Assembly: GCA_037142195.1 (NCBI GenBank) | Contig: JBAXBA010000002.1 | Coordinates: 30,719-94,718 of the forward strand | Direction: 5' to 3' | Length of the DNA: 64,000 bases | Origin: Pseudomonadota bacterium | GTDB taxonomy: Bacteria > Bdellovibrionota_B > Oligoflexia > Oligoflexales > CAIMVM01 | Shown here: positions 28,792 through 39,153 of the stretch, piece after piece | Position numbering within the stretch: position 1 is the stretch's first letter | How the letters are laid out: every line of letters begins with the position of its first letter | The notes under the pieces: generated by a model | Database searches by the model: none | What the model saw: only the letters and a program-made list of their open reading frames with translations | Told to the model about the DNA's origin: nothing | Position numbers and translations under genes: made by a program

Positions 28792-29814
28792 CTAGTAATG
28801 GAAGCCTTCCTTTAAGTACCAACTAACAAATTTCTCAACTCCATCTTCTAAACTTGTATTGGGGGCAAAATCTGAAACTGACCTCAATGCTTGAGTATCT
28901 GCGGATGTTACGTGAACATCTCCCTGTTGCATCTCTCTGAAATTTATAATTGCTTTTTTTCCAAGGCTTTTTTCTATGGCAGCGACTAGCTCTATAACTT
29001 GTCTCGGCTGATGATTCCCAATATTAAAAAAACTATGTTTGGAATTATCTGGATTGATGGGATAAGGTAACTCCGCAATTTTGTTAAAATTTTTGGCTAA
29101 ACTAAGTATACCTGATACGATATCGTCGACAAAAGTAAAGTCGCGCCACAGCTTCCCTTCTCCATAAAGATCAATGGGCCTGTTTTCATTAATTGCCTTA
29201 GTAAATTTAAAGACAGCCATATCTGGCCTACCCCAAGGCCCATATACTGTGAAAAACCTTAGTCCTATACTTCTCAGCTCAAAAAGGTGGGAATAGGTAT
29301 AAGCCATGAGCTCGTTTGCTTTTTTTGTAGCTGCATAGAGACTAATTGGAAAATCGGTTTTGTCATTTTCAGAAAAACGAGGATTGGGGTTCTCACCATA
29401 TACACTGCTACTACTCGCGTACATCAGATTGAAATTTGAAAATTTTCTGCAGTATTCTAAAATCTCAAGAAAACCACTTACATTTGACCGAATATAGGCC
29501 TGCGGTTTTTCTAGGCTAAATCGCACACCGGGCTGTGCAGCAAGGTGTAAAACCAGGTCAAATTTTTTATGAAATCGCACTCCCGATAATGAGTTAATTT
29601 CATTGACATCAAAATCTTCAACTAATATTTCATGCCTATCTTTCAAGTATTTGCAGCGCGCTCTTTTTAACTCATTGGAGTAATAAGGATCAAAATTATC
29701 AATTGCTTCTACAGCATAACCCGCAGAATGAAATTTACTACATGCGTGCATGCCAATAAATCCCGCAGCGCCTGTAATCAATACACTTGGCTTAGACACG
29801 TCTGCTCCAAACAA
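28792..29814 (-). CDS. UDP-glucuronate 4-epimerase-like SDR
   Basis: TGAAGFIG, HLAAQPGVR, YASSSSVYG, PISLYAATKKANE, LRFFTVYGPWGRPDMA. Confidence 0.9.
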   Translation of the reverse strand: MFGADVSKPSVLITGAAGFIGMHACSKFHSAGYAVEAIDNFDPYYSNELKRARCKYLKDRHEILVEDFDVNEINSLSGVRFHKKFDLVLHLAAQPGVRFSLEKPQAYIRSNVSGFLEILEYCRKFSNFNLMYASSSSVYGENPNPRFSENDKTDFPISLYAATKKANELMAYTYSHLFELRSIGLRFFTVYGPWGRPDMAVFKFTKAINENRPIDLYGEGKLWRDFTFVDDIVSGILSLAKNFNKIAELPYPINPDNSKHSFFNIGNHQPRQVIELVAAIEKSLGKKAIINFREMQQGDVHVTSADTQALRSVSDFAPNTSLEDGVEKFVSWYLKEGFHY

Positions 29815-30925
29815 CTCTATTTATGTAATCAGTATAGCTTAAAATGATTTTAACAACTTTATCCGATACATTTGGCATGTGATAGTCAAAGACTGGTCTA
29901 GAATCCGAGAACTGGGTATTAGTCTCCAAAAGCAGAGCTTCTAGACACTGCAAAATACGTGCGCTGTTGACCCCAGGCATCATCACAACACCCTCTTCCA
30001 TCGCCTCTGGGCGCTCGTGAGCTTGGCGTATATTTAAAGCTTTAAATCCAAGTATATTTGCTTCTTCGCTGATAGTGCCGCTGTCGGAAAAAACAACTTT
30101 TGCATTCAATTGAAGATTAACATAGTCCATAAAGCCCAATGGTTTATGGAGATTTATGTTTCTATGCATCTGAATTTCTTCGGCTTCTATTCTTTTTCTA
30201 GTTCTAGGATGAGTAGAAACAATTACTGGAAGGCCGTATATTTCAGCGACGCTATTCAATGTAGAAAAAATTGATTTTAAATTTTCCAAATTATCAACGT
30301 TTTCCTCTCTATGAGTGCTAACCAAAAAATAATTATCTTTTGTCACTCCTAAACAAGAAAGTACGTCTGACTGCAATATTTTCGGCTTAAAATATGAAAG
30401 CACTTCAAACATGGGACTGCCAGTTTTAATAATCCGGTCAGGCGGAATTCCCTCCCTAAGCAAATACTCTCTTGCTATATCACTATAAGGCAAATTTATG
30501 TCTGAAATATGATCTACTATTTTTCTATTTATTTCTTCAGGAACTCGTTGATCGAAACAACGATTTCCAGCTTCCATGTGAAAAACTGGAATCTTTCTTC
30601 TCTTGGCTGGAATCGCTGCCAAGCAGCTGTTCGTATCACCCAGGATCAGCACAGCATCTGGAGCTTCTTTTGCTAAAACCTTATCGACTTCAATGATTAT
30701 ATTTCCAATAGTTTCGGCAGCTGAACCTGATGCCACACTGAGAAAATAGTCCGGCTTTTTTAGTTCTAGGTCTCGAAAAAAAATCTCATTCAATTCATAA
30801 TCGTAATTTTGTCCAGTATGCACGATTATATGATTGCAAGTTTGATCCAAACGAGAAATTACCCTCGAAAGCCGAATTATCTCCGGCCTAGTGCCAACTA
30901 CAGTTATTACCTTTAATTTATTCAT
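29792..30925 (-). CDS. fnlC: Non-hydrolysing 2-epimerase of UDP-L-FucNAc synthesis (FnlC/WbjD/CapG)
   Basis: VGTRPEIIRLSR, HTGQNYDYEL, HMEAGNRCFDQRVPEEINR, SDSGTISEE; third gene after fnlA-fnlB. Confidence 0.92.
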   Translation of the reverse strand: MNKLKVITVVGTRPEIIRLSRVISRLDQTCNHIIVHTGQNYDYELNEIFFRDLELKKPDYFLSVASGSAAETIGNIIIEVDKVLAKEAPDAVLILGDTNSCLAAIPAKRRKIPVFHMEAGNRCFDQRVPEEINRKIVDHISDINLPYSDIAREYLLREGIPPDRIIKTGSPMFEVLSYFKPKILQSDVLSCLGVTKDNYFLVSTHREENVDNLENLKSIFSTLNSVAEIYGLPVIVSTHPRTRKRIEAEEIQMHRNINLHKPLGFMDYVNLQLNAKVVFSDSGTISEEANILGFKALNIRQAHERPEAMEEGVVMMPGVNSARILQCLEALLLETNTQFSDSRPVFDYHMPNVSDKVVKIILSYTDYINRVVWSRRV

Positions 30926-32031
30926 ATCAGCTCCGCGGAGATTGTATCTGGCAAATCTCGATTAAAGATCTCATTCGCCCAAAGCATTACTACAAGTTTG
31001 TCGTCACCAATATTTGTAATATCGTGGGCCCATCCTGGAATTGTATCTACGATCTCAGGAACATTGCCATCTGTGATAAGCGTGTACTTTTCATTCGTCA
31101 AAATATTTCTAAATCTAAATTCCGCTTTTCCTGAAATCACTAGAAATTTCTCAGTTTTGGTATGGTGATAGTGCCCACCTCTAGTAACTCCACAAAGTGC
31201 CGTAAAATAGGAAAATTGTCCCGCGTCGGAGGTTTTGAGCATCTCAACAAAATCGCCTCTCGCATCAGCATACTTCTTAACCTTCAAAGAAAATTTAGAC
31301 GGTGGCAAAAAGCTGATATAAGTCGAATACAAAGCACGGATCAGACCATTTCCAACTCTTCCAATCTCCAAGGTTTGAGGGAATAATTTGAAACCTTCAA
31401 GTATATCGGACACATCTCCTACTGAAGTAGAATACACATGTTGATCAATTTCAGGAAACGACCCGCCATTCATTGATGCCAGCACCGCCTTAATAAGTAC
31501 GTTTACGACGTCATCAATATAAATAAGCGTTAATGGCATATTTCGATCGTGCACTGTATATGCTTTATCATTTGCAATCGAGTGGCAAAAAGTTGCTACT
31601 GCAGAATTATAATTGGGTTTTGACCATTTCCCAAAAACATTTGGAAATCTGTAAATTTTGGTTAAGGCTTTTGTTTCCGCGGCATAGTCGGAAATTACTT
31701 TCTCGGCGTTGAATTTGGATTTACCATAGGGATTGTCTAAATTGGCTTGAACCGAAGAAGAATAAATAATCGGTATCTTCCGACCAATTCTAAGTATTGT
31801 ATCGCACAATTTCTTGGTTAGTTCAACATTCCCTTCATGAAACTCCTTAATATCATTTGGGCGGTTAATGCCAGCAAGGTGCACCACTGCATCAGAGACT
31901 CTGAGACCTTCAATCATATCAACTTCAGATGTGTCTCTAAAAATTTCGACAACTTCATGGTTAAGTTCTCTGCAGGCCAAAACTAAATTCTTCCCAATAA
32001 ATCCACGTGAACCCGTTACTAAAATTTTCAT
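30922..32031 (-). CDS. fnlB: UDP-2-acetamido-2,6-dideoxy-hexos-4-ulose reductase (FnlB/WbjC/CapF)
   Basis: HLAGINRP, NVFGKWSKPNYNSAVATFC and C-terminal cupin GHYHHTKTEKF. Confidence 0.93.
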   Translation of the reverse strand: MKILVTGSRGFIGKNLVLACRELNHEVVEIFRDTSEVDMIEGLRVSDAVVHLAGINRPNDIKEFHEGNVELTKKLCDTILRIGRKIPIIYSSSVQANLDNPYGKSKFNAEKVISDYAAETKALTKIYRFPNVFGKWSKPNYNSAVATFCHSIANDKAYTVHDRNMPLTLIYIDDVVNVLIKAVLASMNGGSFPEIDQHVYSTSVGDVSDILEGFKLFPQTLEIGRVGNGLIRALYSTYISFLPPSKFSLKVKKYADARGDFVEMLKTSDAGQFSYFTALCGVTRGGHYHHTKTEKFLVISGKAEFRFRNILTNEKYTLITDGNVPEIVDTIPGWAHDITNIGDDKLVVMLWANEIFNRDLPDTISAELI

Positions 32032-32043
32032 AGCTCCACCTAT

Positions 32044-33057
32044 CTATTTACGGAGTTCTTCTTGAACGAGTGGAAGCTGCAATAGAATTTCTTTTATTTC
32101 TTTTACATTTAATCGCCTAGTATTAGAAGAATTATAATCTTCTTGCTCGGTAACTCTGCGATCTCCGTCTGAATAATATAAGCTGTAATTTAGATCTCGG
32201 TCGTCAGGTGCTACCCGGTAATAATCCCCAAGGTCTACAGACCGTAATCTTTCCTCTCGACTTAGCAAGGTTTCATGCTTTTTTTCACCGTGCCGAGTGC
32301 CGATTATCTTGATTTCATTTTTTGAATTAAAAATCTCGCAAACTGCAATGGCCAAGTCATGAATTGTTGAGGCTGGGGACTTTTGAACGAAAATATCCCC
32401 TCCTTCAGCATTCTTAAAAGCGAAAAAAACCAAATGCATCGCTTGATCCAAAGTCATTAAAAATCTGGTCATTTCGGGGTCTGTTATTGTAATTGATTTA
32501 TTTTCTTTAATTTGCTTTATAAACAACGGAACCACGGAACCTCTAGACGCCAAAACGTTTCCATAGCGTGTTGCGGAAATAGTAATCACTTTTGGGTCTA
32601 CTGCTCGCCCTTTAGCAACAGAGACTTTTTCCATCATTGCTTTTGATATTCCCATTGCATTGATGGGGTATACGGCTTTATCGGTGCTCAACACTACAAC
32701 GTTTTTTACCGAACTAGCTATACATGCATTTAAAACATTTTCAGTCCCAAGAATATTTGTTTTTACTGCTTCCATTGGATAGAATTCACACGAAGGGACT
32801 TGTTTTAAAGCTGCAGCTGAAAATACATAGTCCACCCCTCTCAGAGCATTTTCAATGGAACTATAGTCCCTAACATCTCCGATATGGTATTTTACTCGAG
32901 TACTGTTTAAGTCTAGTCGCATATCCTCTTGCTTTTTTTCGTCACGACTAAAAATCCTAATTTCTTTAATATCAGTACTATTTAGAAAATGCCGGGCCAC
33001 AACGTTACCAAAGGATCCTGTTCCGCCCGTTACTAGAACTGTTTTATTTTTGAACAC
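32044..33057 (-). CDS. fnlA: UDP-GlcNAc 4,6-dehydratase/5-epimerase (FnlA/WbjB/CapE)
   Basis: TGGTGSFG, AAALKQVPSCEFYP, STDKAVYPINAMGISKAMME, GTRHGEK. Confidence 0.94.
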   Translation of the reverse strand: MFKNKTVLVTGGTGSFGNVVARHFLNSTDIKEIRIFSRDEKKQEDMRLDLNSTRVKYHIGDVRDYSSIENALRGVDYVFSAAALKQVPSCEFYPMEAVKTNILGTENVLNACIASSVKNVVVLSTDKAVYPINAMGISKAMMEKVSVAKGRAVDPKVITISATRYGNVLASRGSVVPLFIKQIKENKSITITDPEMTRFLMTLDQAMHLVFFAFKNAEGGDIFVQKSPASTIHDLAIAVCEIFNSKNEIKIIGTRHGEKKHETLLSREERLRSVDLGDYYRVAPDDRDLNYSLYYSDGDRRVTEQEDYNSSNTRRLNVKEIKEILLQLPLVQEELRK

Positions 33058-33069
33058 GCTAAGCCTTCC

Positions 33070-34281
33070 CTATTTTGTGCAAGCCTGTATATATTTTTCA
33101 ACTAGCTTGGTTTTATCAAAAAATTGCCGATAAATATCTTGGTTTTTTGTTCCTAAATCTCTGATTTCATTTTCACTCAATTTCGAAACGGCAATGATAT
33201 TGTTGACAATAGCATCAACATTGCCAGATTCAAATGTAAAAACGCTTGAATAGCCCTCAAACATTCTATTGGCCTCACCATCAATACCACACAAAAAGGG
33301 TGTTCCACATGCTAAGCAAGATGAGAGTTTTGAGGGCAAAGTCATTTGGAACTGGGGAGATGGAACTAAATGCGCAATTACTGCCCTTGAGTTTTGCATA
33401 AACTCAAGGGCTGCATCAGGGGTATGCCTGCCCAAAAAAGACACATTACCCATTCCATCGGCCAACGACCTGAGACTTTCCATTTCATTTCCCACGCCAA
33501 TAAAACATAACTCTAGGCCAGTAGAGATTACTTCTTGCGTTCTAAATGCGAAAATAAAAGAATCTAAGCCCTGGGCCAAACCCAAATTTCCAGCATAAAC
33601 TATTCTTTTTGGGTGCCTTCTATTTAGTTGGGCCGCGGCCAAGGAGCCTGGAATCCCATCTACCCAAACAGGCAAGAAATGAACTTTCGCGGGATCTATA
33701 CCGTCATTTATATAGCGCTGCCTCATTCCGTTGGTGGAAACTACAAGAGTTTTTGCGAATCTATTGATCCACCTGGAGTATTTATAGAGAAATTCAATTA
33801 AGAAACCTTTTCTTGCAGTGCGGGCAGCAAGCAGACTTTCAGGCCAAAGATCAACGCAAATATAGACCGCAGGAATACGAAAAAATTTATAGGGGAGCGT
33901 GGCAAGAGCCGCAAAAAAAGGTGTTTGATAGACTATAAGGCGGCGCGGGACAAAGAAAGGTACAACAAATAAACTAGCGATGAAAGAACTTAAAACGAAC
34001 GACATATAAGAAACTAAACGAAGAACCATGTTCTTTGAATGGTCAGGGAAATGGGGCACTCGTATAATGGATACACCATTTTCATTTTTTAAAGTTGGAT
34101 AGAAACGAAAATATCCCTTAAAAAACTTGCCGCCTGGATAATTTGGATACGCCGTAATTACAGCAACTTTGAATCCTTTATTGACCAGGCCTTCAGCCAA
34201 GGCTTGATTAATAAAATTTGCTTCAGGCGAATAATGTAACGTAATAAAAAGTATTGACTCTGGCATTTTATCCCTGCACAC
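33070..34281 (-). CDS. GT4 glycosyltransferase, WbuB-like (candidate L-FucNAc transferase)
   Basis: YPNYPGG, DLWPESL, YAGNLGLAQGL, LPSKL; first gene of the fnl operon. Confidence 0.85.
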   Translation of the reverse strand: MCRDKMPESILFITLHYSPEANFINQALAEGLVNKGFKVAVITAYPNYPGGKFFKGYFRFYPTLKNENGVSIIRVPHFPDHSKNMVLRLVSYMSFVLSSFIASLFVVPFFVPRRLIVYQTPFFAALATLPYKFFRIPAVYICVDLWPESLLAARTARKGFLIEFLYKYSRWINRFAKTLVVSTNGMRQRYINDGIDPAKVHFLPVWVDGIPGSLAAAQLNRRHPKRIVYAGNLGLAQGLDSFIFAFRTQEVISTGLELCFIGVGNEMESLRSLADGMGNVSFLGRHTPDAALEFMQNSRAVIAHLVPSPQFQMTLPSKLSSCLACGTPFLCGIDGEANRMFEGYSSVFTFESGNVDAIVNNIIAVSKLSENEIRDLGTKNQDIYRQFFDKTKLVEKYIQACTK

Positions 34282-35156
34282 TAATACGATTTACATACTA
34301 CAGCACCTACGCATTATGTGAAATCAAATTCGCCCTGTCGGGACCGTATCAGTAATTAAAACAACTACTTTCATAGATAAGGTCGGCTGAAAGGACCTTG
34401 GCTAAAGTCTGTTAGTAATCATTTTACCAGCCTAACAGCGCACCAACAAACATCTGATTCGATAGGAAAGAAATTAGAGTTTAATGATGTAATGAGCAAA
34501 TAATATACGCCGTGTAATTTCATCTATCACAGCAACAATCCACTTGGAACCGAAATGCCGGGGCATGCGACTTAAGGGATAAAACTCGATTAAATCCAGA
34601 AAACTCCAATCGAGATTCAGAATATACTCCTCTAGCAGAATATAGTGCAAAAAAGCGGCATCTGATGCTTTAAAGGCGAGCGAGCGAGCAAGGTGCCCAG
34701 GCAAAGCCTAGGATTCCTCTGCCAGTAGACTTAAAGTCCCTCGTTGGTTTGATTCTATTGATTGAGATCGAATGAAACCCATAACAACTTAGACTAGACC
34801 ACTCATCGGCGGGGCGAAGAACTCTAATCACTGAGTTTTCAGTTTGGCAGAAGCTGCAAAATTTTAGAGAGGCTTCCTTGGACAACGAATAAGTTAAGGT
34901 TGAAAAAATGATACAAATGATACTAAACTAGCCGTAAGTCTCCTGCGCTAGGATGTTTGCTTAGAATAAGCGTCTTTTGTTCTAACTACTTTATTTTTAG
35001 TGTTTTTACTAAGATCGGATTGAGTGAATTTATATAATACCTTAACTCTAAAATCGATCGCTGTTCATGTCACCTTTTAGGCTTAATTCTCTAACTCATT
35101 GGCGCTATGAAAGTGGCCACTGCAGATTTAGACCTGTCTTTACGGAAAGCTATTGA

Positions 35157-36443
35157 ATGGACCTAGTACGCCTTTACTCAAAAATTTTGCATCATTTTCA
35201 TAGCATTTTTTGGACGATCCTAGCTCAAGGATTCGTAGTTTTATCTTCGTTTGTTACTTTTAAAGTTATATCGTCAAAACTTGGCCCTTTTGAATTTGGA
35301 CAGTTCTCACTTCAAATGGCATATACATCTATTTTAATGATATTACTGTTTAACCCAGCACAAAATTCTTTATTAAGATTTTTTGCCGAGATTTACAAAA
35401 ATCGAAATCTTAAAATTGCTTCTAGATTTGTCTTAGCAATTGGATCTATTGGCATTGTCGGGTCCAATATCATTTTCTATTTCCAGGATTATTTATCTCT
35501 TTTTGCTCGGGGCTTTGTCCCGATCAAGTATTATTCTATGGCCCTAAGCGCTGTTATTTTTTTCTCATTTGTTCCTATTTCGATGCTACAATCCATTCGG
35601 AAATTTAGGTCTGTTGCGGTCGTCCAAGGCTTTGATTTTGTGATTAAATTGATAGTTTTTTTGAACCTATTTCCGGGGGTTTCAGATTCCAAACAAGCTT
35701 TGGCTCTGCTCATTCTCTCAGGCTTGTTAACGTTTATTTTCGGTACAATCGTTTTTCTTTTGAATTATAGAACACAAATCGATCGACCTGCCGATGCTGT
35801 TCTTACAATTTCTGGCAAGGACCTTTATAGATATATGGCGCCATTCATTTTTTCAGGACTCATTACATGGGCTGCAACATTTCTAGATAGATTTATCGTT
35901 GAAAGCAAACTAGGGTCTCAAGAATTAGGACTCTATGCAGCGACTATGCAAATAGCAAGTTTTCCTTCTAATTTTCTCGCATCAGTCGTATCTCAATTGA
36001 TAGTACCTAAAGTATTCATTGCTTCTTCGAATGGCCAGAATAATAGTCAGGTTATAGCAACTTTTCGAAAGGAAGTTTTTTTGGCTTTTTTATTGATTTG
36101 GCCCCTATTGCTTCTTTACTCTTTCTTCGGCGAGAAAATCGTCGGATTCGTAAGTTCAAAAGAATTTTACATCGATAGGGTAAGTCTAGTCTTTGCGACA
36201 TTTGGATGTCTATTTTTACAAATAGGCAACCTTCTAGGCACTGAAGGGATGCTATACAAAAGAGCCGAAATTTATCTCATACCAAAGATCCTTCATGTAA
36301 TTGTCGTCTTTCTTACGCTTGTCTACTTCACAAGCCATTTTAGTATTCACGGTGCTTTGTTTTCGATGTTTATCTCGGGAATAGTCTTCTGTTCTCTGAT
36401 TGCAGCAACCAATTGGCAAGTTCTAAAATCTAAGAATATGTAG
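35157..36443 (+). CDS. wzx: Polysaccharide flippase
   Basis: ~12 hydrophobic segments; LGPFEFGQF and DRFIV...LGSQELGLYAA motifs. Confidence 0.85.
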   Translation: MDLVRLYSKILHHFHSIFWTILAQGFVVLSSFVTFKVISSKLGPFEFGQFSLQMAYTSILMILLFNPAQNSLLRFFAEIYKNRNLKIASRFVLAIGSIGIVGSNIIFYFQDYLSLFARGFVPIKYYSMALSAVIFFSFVPISMLQSIRKFRSVAVVQGFDFVIKLIVFLNLFPGVSDSKQALALLILSGLLTFIFGTIVFLLNYRTQIDRPADAVLTISGKDLYRYMAPFIFSGLITWAATFLDRFIVESKLGSQELGLYAATMQIASFPSNFLASVVSQLIVPKVFIASSNGQNNSQVIATFRKEVFLAFLLIWPLLLLYSFFGEKIVGFVSSKEFYIDRVSLVFATFGCLFLQIGNLLGTEGMLYKRAEIYLIPKILHVIVVFLTLVYFTSHFSIHGALFSMFISGIVFCSLIAATNWQVLKSKNM

Positions 36444-36886
36444 GCAGGCAATTTAAATCTTGGCGTTTTTAGGATTGGCGCTACTTCAAAACTGAATATT
36501 CTGATGTAAACAATCCCGAAAAAATCTTGACCTTTTTGCAGTTATTACAAGAAGAAATGAACAAACTTCGTAGCTAGTATGCTTTAGAAAACTTTACAAA
36601 GGAGGTGAACCCAAGTCTTGATCAATTTCTTCTATTGCTACTACATTTAAGCACAACGCCACGCTCTTCATGCTGAACTAAATCAAGTTCTTCTGCAGGT
36701 GCTTCTTACTTGGCTAGGATGTCCTCAATGCCACTCATATAAGTTCCATTGTGTGTTGCATAAATTGACTTTTGACTGCGCATAAGGCACATTAATCTAT
36801 CATTATCTTGTAGAATGAAAAGCTGAGCGGGTGTACCAAAAAGCATTCACTTGTACGCGGCACTGTCAGAACACTAAGGGCAACGA

Positions 36887-39001
36887 TTGATTAAGAGAAC
36901 TTTTAAGAATTTAGATGGCAAAAAACGTAAGGATGACGGTGTTAGCATTGGTACTAAAAAAATTCATTTATCTCACCCAAAATACCGTCCAGATATCGAT
37001 GGATTAAGAGCTGTTGCTGTTCTTTCTGTTGTGGCATTCCACGCATTTCCTAGTTGGATCAAAGGCGGCTTTATAGGCGTTGATATCTTCTTTTTTATTT
37101 CTGGCTATCTCATATCAACTATTATTTTTGAGAATTTAGATAGGGGTACGTTCAGTTTTTCTGAGTTTTATGCTCGTCGTATTAAGCGTATCTTTCCAGC
37201 ACTGCTTCTAGTATTGATTTCCTGTTTTGCTTTTGGTTGGTTCGCCTTGCTAGCAGATGAATACAAACAGTTAGGTAGACATATAGCGGCAGGTGCTGGT
37301 TTTATATCAAACTTCATTTTATGGAATGAATCTGGTTACTTTGATAACTCTGCTGAATCTAAGCCATTGCTTCATCTTTGGAGTTTAGGTATTGAAGAGC
37401 AATTTTATATAGTTTGGCCGCTATTGTTATGGTTTGCTAGAAAACGTAAACTTAATCTTTTAATAATCACTTTTGTTATTGCTATCGCCTCTTTTCTTTT
37501 GAATATAAAGGTCATAAAGCATGATATGGTTGCTACCTTTTATTCTCCACAGACACGTTTCTGGGAATTGTTAAGCGGAAGCTTATTGGCTTGGGTTACG
37601 CTATACAAGAAGGATGCTTTCTCCAATTTCAAATGCAAAGTGGATTATTGTTTATCACGCATAGTTTATAGCGAAAAGCAAGAGGCTGATTGTAAGATAT
37701 TATCAAATGTTATTTCGGTTTTTGGGTTGTTGCTACTGGTGTATGGGTTTTGGACAATCAATAAAGAGTTAAGCTTTCCTGGTAAGTGGGCATTAGTCCC
37801 AGTTCTAGGTGCTGTACTAATTATTACCGCAGGTTCTAAATCTTGGGTAAATCGCATATTACTCTCTAATAAGGTTGCTGTTTGGATTGGCTTAATCAGT
37901 TATCCTTTGTATTTGTGGCACTGGCCAATACTGTCTTTTGCTCGTATTATTGAAGGCGAAGCGCCTAGTCGCAACATACGCATAGCGGCGGTAATCCTTT
38001 CCATTGTCCTTGCTTGGCTTACATATAAGCTTGTAGAACGCCCTTTTCGATTTGGTAAGTACAGCAAGACTAAGGTAACCATACTTGTCTTTCTTATGGC
38101 AATAGTAGGGTTTGTTGGTTACAACACATTTGAAAGAGATGGGTTAATGTTTAGAGTAGTTCAAAAAAATAACAGTTTTACAAAAAATTTGGGCTGGCGG
38201 TTTTGGGACAATGAAAGTTGTAGTAAAAAATTTAATATTTCACCCTGTCAAATTTCTAATCAAAAAATACGTTTGATGATTTTTGGTGACAGTCATGGAA
38301 ATCATTTATATCCAGGGTTGGTAAGCGCACTACCAGATAACGTAGGTGTATTTTCTGGAGGAACATGTACCCCTTTAAGGGAGATAACATTATATGTAAG
38401 TAAAAATCAAAAATCACATCCATGCGCTTCGATTGATTACTTATCTATGAATTTTAATATTCTAGATTCAAATCCAACAGTTGAAGCAATTCTTATTTCT
38501 ACTTTTTTGAGGCCTGTATTAACTCCTGATATCAAAGAGAGAGATTTTTATGGCGCAATGCGTTTAGAATCTAAGTTGTCTACTGAGAAAAAATTGCCAC
38601 CAGAAGAACTGGTTTATATGGGCCTTAATCGCACTATAAATGACATATTAAATCGAAAAAAAGAGGTTGTTTTAGTTCGTGATACCCCAGACTTTGAAAA
38701 AGATATCCGTGATGAGTGTTTGAGGCGGTTTTCTTTTTCAAATTCTCAAGTATGTGGTCTTCCTCGTGCTAAGTTTGATCAGCAAAGGGGAATAGAAAAC
38801 ACATTAATTGATAAACTTAAGCTCGATTTTCCTGGGCTAAGGGTTTTTGATCCGTTTGATGTTTTATGTAGTCAATCAGAATGCTACTTAATTAGAAATA
38901 ATATGCCTTTGTATAGAGATCAACATCATCTATCTGTGTATGGAAGTGAATTGTTAGGAAAAGCCATTGTTGACAAATATTTTGTTAATTTGAAAAAATA
39001 A
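36887..39001 (+). CDS. AT3-SGNH fused O-acyltransferase (OafA/YrhL-like)
   Basis: YRPDIDGLRAVAV, GGFIGVDIFF, HLWSLGIEEQFY, ISYPLYLWHWP, GDSH and DQHH. Confidence 0.93.
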   Translation: MIKRTFKNLDGKKRKDDGVSIGTKKIHLSHPKYRPDIDGLRAVAVLSVVAFHAFPSWIKGGFIGVDIFFFISGYLISTIIFENLDRGTFSFSEFYARRIKRIFPALLLVLISCFAFGWFALLADEYKQLGRHIAAGAGFISNFILWNESGYFDNSAESKPLLHLWSLGIEEQFYIVWPLLLWFARKRKLNLLIITFVIAIASFLLNIKVIKHDMVATFYSPQTRFWELLSGSLLAWVTLYKKDAFSNFKCKVDYCLSRIVYSEKQEADCKILSNVISVFGLLLLVYGFWTINKELSFPGKWALVPVLGAVLIITAGSKSWVNRILLSNKVAVWIGLISYPLYLWHWPILSFARIIEGEAPSRNIRIAAVILSIVLAWLTYKLVERPFRFGKYSKTKVTILVFLMAIVGFVGYNTFERDGLMFRVVQKNNSFTKNLGWRFWDNESCSKKFNISPCQISNQKIRLMIFGDSHGNHLYPGLVSALPDNVGVFSGGTCTPLREITLYVSKNQKSHPCASIDYLSMNFNILDSNPTVEAILISTFLRPVLTPDIKERDFYGAMRLESKLSTEKKLPPEELVYMGLNRTINDILNRKKEVVLVRDTPDFEKDIRDECLRRFSFSNSQVCGLPRAKFDQQRGIENTLIDKLKLDFPGLRVFDPFDVLCSQSECYLIRNNMPLYRDQHHLSVYGSELLGKAIVDKYFVNLKK

Positions 39002-39153
39002 TGTTTGTCGCAATTTGTATAGATTAATTTCTTTAAGTATTCATTTCGACGAATAGTTTTTATCTCGGAGGGGCTATCAGATCCGCAGTCGCTAGGTAAA
39101 GTGGCTCAATCTTGGTGAAATCAGGTGGCTCAACTTAGGTGAGATCCAGCAAT

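Noticed and set aside
29792..30925. wecB (UDP-GlcNAc 2-epimerase for ManNAc)
   Set aside because: Sequence motifs and position after fnlA-fnlB fit FnlC/WbjD better.
34474..34885. Two short minus-strand ORFs in the wbuB-wzx spacer
   Set aside because: No recognisable domain or RBS.
36887..39001. Acyltransferase as a compositionally foreign insert
   Set aside because: Spot GC counts were not clearly different from neighbouring AT-rich glycan genes.
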